A stretch of 39,620 nt of DNA, from NCBI RefSeq assembly GCF_001194135.2, contig NC_068985.1:118418203-118457822 (forward strand), written 5' to 3'. Below the pieces are notes generated by a model. The model made no database searches, had not been told where the DNA came from, and worked only from the letters and a program-made list of their open reading frames with translations. The position numbers were made by a program, and so were the translations under genes. Of this stretch, positions 36,166-39,620 are shown piece by piece (positions within the stretch are counted from its first letter, which is position 1; each line of letters starts with the position of its first letter). The DNA comes from Octopus bimaculoides (taxonomy: Eukaryota).

Positions 36166-36428
36166 CTACGAAACTTCGTTCGTTGCTTTTGGCCCGAACG
36201 CACGTACGATCGTTCGAGCCAAAAGCTACGGAACTTCGTTCGATACTCTTGGCCCGAACGCACGTACGTACGCCCGTTCGAGCCAAGAGCTACGGAACTT
36301 CGTTCGTTGCTCTTGGCCCGAACGTACGTACGTGCGTTCGAGCCTAGAGCTACGGAACTTCGTTCGTTGCTCTTGGCCCGAACGTACGTACGTTCATTCG
36401 AGCCAAGAGCTACGGAACTTCGTTCGTT
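36166..36428. repeat. Same 60-bp minisatellite, about 4.3 units (left end of an array)
   Basis: Same unit and orientation, running into the gap at 36429. Confidence 0.95.
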
Positions 36429-37829
36429 NNNNNNNNNNNNNNNNNNNNNNNNNNNNNNNNNNNNNNNNNNNNNNNNNNNNNNNNNNNNNNNNNNNNNNNN
36501 NNNNNNNNNNNNNNNNNNNNNNNNNNNNNNNNNNNNNNNNNNNNNNNNNNNNNNNNNNNNNNNNNNNNNNNNNNNNNNNNNNNNNNNNNNNNNNNNNNNN
36601 NNNNNNNNNNNNNNNNNNNNNNNNNNNNNNNNNNNNNNNNNNNNNNNNNNNNNNNNNNNNNNNNNNNNNNNNNNNNNNNNNNNNNNNNNNNNNNNNNNNN
36701 NNNNNNNNNNNNNNNNNNNNNNNNNNNNNNNNNNNNNNNNNNNNNNNNNNNNNNNNNNNNNNNNNNNNNNNNNNNNNNNNNNNNNNNNNNNNNNNNNNNN
36801 NNNNNNNNNNNNNNNNNNNNNNNNNNNNNNNNNNNNNNNNNNNNNNNNNNNNNNNNNNNNNNNNNNNNNNNNNNNNNNNNNNNNNNNNNNNNNNNNNNNN
36901 NNNNNNNNNNNNNNNNNNNNNNNNNNNNNNNNNNNNNNNNNNNNNNNNNNNNNNNNNNNNNNNNNNNNNNNNNNNNNNNNNNNNNNNNNNNNNNNNNNNN
37001 NNNNNNNNNNNNNNNNNNNNNNNNNNNNNNNNNNNNNNNNNNNNNNNNNNNNNNNNNNNNNNNNNNNNNNNNNNNNNNNNNNNNNNNNNNNNNNNNNNNN
37101 NNNNNNNNNNNNNNNNNNNNNNNNNNNNNNNNNNNNNNNNNNNNNNNNNNNNAAAACTGATCTCAACAAAATTTGAACTCAAAACAGGAGTTGAAAAAGT
37201 ACCGAGTAACATTCAACTGACATCGTATTGACTTTGCCAATTTCCTGCTTTGATACAAAATAGTGAGTGCAAGATACTGAACCTACAACCATAATCCACA
37301 TCCTGTTGTAGCTAGTTCAGTCTGGAAGAGCTAGAATGATATAAATCCTAATGCATTTTCCACTATTCTCTGTAATCAATAACTTCATTCTTTCAATGAA
37401 TGACACAATCAATTTATGAAACAGGATATACATATTGGAGAGTTGTAAATAGCAGAGTTGATAGTATGCTATACAACCAATCAAAACAAGAGAAATTATA
37501 ATTTTATTTCCTTCTATCAAAATTGCTCTGTCTATAACCAAGACACTTAATTCTCACTCTTATCTACCTAGATCATTATTGCTGTTGTTTAGACTAGGTC
37601 AACCACATCATGCAGGCACATGGTCAAAAGAATTCCAACCATAATCATCTAGTCGTTTTGTATATGTGAATGTCTACATTATCCTTCTTGTTTTGCAAGA
37701 TTTGAAGAAAATTGAACTGCTATTTCTAGCATTGCAAATGACCACAGAGGGGCTCAACCACTTAGTATTGCACACTAGCTTAAGTATCAGGAATTAAATC
37801 TGGTTTACAGTGAAAATCTGTGAGCCCCA

Positions 37830-38198
37830 TAATCAATTATGGATGAGGACAGCTGCATAAAAGAGTGCCGATTTCTAACGGTAGAGGGAACCTGTGGAAG
37901 AAGTAGACCCAGAAAGACATGGGACGAGGTAGTAAAATATGATCTTTGGATGTTGAGTCTTCTGGATGAAATGACGATTGAGACTTTTGGTGATCTGCTG
38001 TGCTTGAGAAGACATATTAAGCCAAGTGAAATCATAGTTGTGGCCAGTGCCAGTGACACATTCTTAGAGAGGTTGGCATTAGGAAAAGCATCCAGCCATA
38101 GAAAAGAAGCCAAAACAGACTGGAGCCTGGTACAGTTCTCTGGCTTATCAGTCCCAGTCAAACCATCTAACCCATGCCAGCATGGAAAACGGATGCTA
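37830..38198 (+). mobile_element. RTE LINE 3' coding end and tail
   Basis: MDEDSCIKECRFLTVEGTCGRSRPRKTWDEVVKYDL (GRP..TW...V..D C-terminal motif of RTE ORFs), followed by the shared tail ...aacccatgccagcatggaaaacggatg. Confidence 0.8.
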
Positions 38199-38989
38199 NN
38201 NNNNNNNNNNNNNNNNNNNNNNNNNNNNNNNNNNNNNNNNNNNNNNNNNNNNNNNNNNNNNNNNNNNNNNNNNNNNNNNNNNNNNNNNNNNNNNNNNNNN
38301 NNNNNNNNNNNNNNNNNNNNNNNNNNNNNNNNNNNNNNNNNNNNNNNNNNNNNNNNNNNNNNNNNNNNNNNNNNNNNNNNNNNNNNNNNNNNNNNNNNNN
38401 NNNNNNNNNNNNNNNNNNNNNNNNNNNNNNNNNNNNNNNNNNNNNNNNNNNNNNNNNNNNNNNNNNNNNNNNNNNNNNNNNNNNNNNNNNNNNNNNNNNN
38501 NNNNNNNNNNNNNNNNNNNNNNNNNNNNNNNNNNNNNNNNNNNNNNNNNNNNNNNNNNNNNNNNNNNNNNNNNNNNNNNNNNNNNNNNNNNNNNNNNNNN
38601 NNNNNNNNNNNNNNNNNNNNNNNNNNNNNNNNNNNNNNNNNNNNNNNNNNNNNNNNNNNNNNNNNNNNNNNNNNNNNNNNNNNNNNNNNNNNNNNNNNNN
38701 NNNNNNNNNNNNNNNNNNNNNNNNNNNNNNNNNNNNNNNNNNNNNNNNNNNNNNNNNNNNNNNNNNNNNNNNNNNNNNNNNNNNNNNNNNNNNNNNNNNN
38801 NNNNNNNNNNNNNNNNNNNNNNNNNNNNNNNNNNNNNNNNNNNNNNNNNNNNNNNNNNNNNNNNNNNNNNNNNNNNNNNNNNNNNNNNNNNNNNNNNNNN
38901 NNNNNNNNNNNNNNNNNNNNNNNNNNNNNNNNNNNNNNNNNNNNNNAACAGATTTTCTATGCATCAGATGTAGTGTGCAAGAGAGAAGA

Positions 38990-39418
38990 CTACTGATATG
39001 GTCATGTGATGCATATGGGTGAGGACAGCTGCATATTGGAAGTGGTGATCTCTAATTGTGGACAGAACCTGTAGAAAAGGAAGACGTGGGATGAGGTGGT
39101 GAAATATGATCTTCAGTTGTTGAGTCTCACAGAGGTAATGACAAGTGACAGAAACTTCTGGCGATTTGCTGTATTTGATTTATGTGTCAAACTATGTGAA
39201 ATGATGGCTGTGACCTGTGCTGGTAGCAAATAAAAGACACCTCTGCCAGTGACACGTAAAAGACACCCCAGACACTCTGTAGAGCAGTTGGTGTTAGTAA
39301 AGGTATTTAGCTGTAGAAACCAAGACAAAACAGACTGGTACCTGGTACAGCACCCTAGCTTACCAGCTCCAGTCAAACCATCTAACAGACATTAAATGAC
39401 AATGATGATGATGATGAT
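38990..39418 (+). mobile_element. Second RTE LINE 3' end with (GAT)n tail
   Basis: ggtgaggacagctgcata...ggaagacgtgggatgaggtggtgaaatatgatctt parallels 37840-37950; ends aatgatgatgatgatgatg. Confidence 0.75.
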
Positions 39419-39620
39419 GGATGCCCTTCCTGTCACCAATCTTCACCGGTTTCCAAGTAGCATATTTCCCCACGTCCAGACATGTTTTCATAGATTAGAA
39501 ATGAACAACACTGTTTTAACCCTTTTTACGTGCCACCGGCACAAGAGCCAGTCAGGCAGGCCTGGTATCAATCATGTTTGGATAGTGCTTTTTACGTGCC
39601 ACCAGCACGAGGGGGGGGGG

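Noticed and set aside
35371-36428. CRISPR array (palindromic conserved part plus variable part)
   Set aside because: The variable segments are point variants of one acgt-rich sequence, not unique spacers; no cas genes; eukaryotic context.
34638-39022. Long ORFs in the track (245-385 aa)
   Set aside because: They run through N gaps or translate the 60-bp satellite; not evidence of genes.
39611-39620. Terminal G run as a G-quadruplex or telomeric feature
   Set aside because: A single run cut by the window edge inside an RTE-tail repeat; cannot be interpreted.

Overview
Eukaryotic, AT-rich, repeat-dense genomic window with several N gaps. The repeat families resemble those of coleoid cephalopods (Octopus); this is an inference, not a database match. 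Two genes look intact on the + strand: a two-coding-exon RING/TRAF-zinc-finger E3 ligase with a very long disordered tail (about 1050 aa, 5826-9825) and a six-coding-exon DHRS7B-type short-chain dehydrogenase (306 aa, 16495-28683). On the - strand lies an intronless, decayed mitochondrial EF-Tu gene (probably EF-Tu2 type) split by a 392-bp solo LTR with a 4-bp target-site duplication (TSD). The rest is tRNA-derived SINEs, RTE LINE fragments and tails, two deleted mariners, foldback elements and a CpG-rich 60-bp palindromic satellite. The most striking element is a 531-bp insertion in DHRS7B intron 1 (19388-19918) flanked by a 12-bp TSD. It is a long palindrome joining a tRNA-like Pol III head, a (TAA)n tract and a minimal type-I hammerhead ribozyme of the Penelope kind. 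The ribozyme core is intact on the antisense arm and mutated on the arm that the host gene transcribes in sense.
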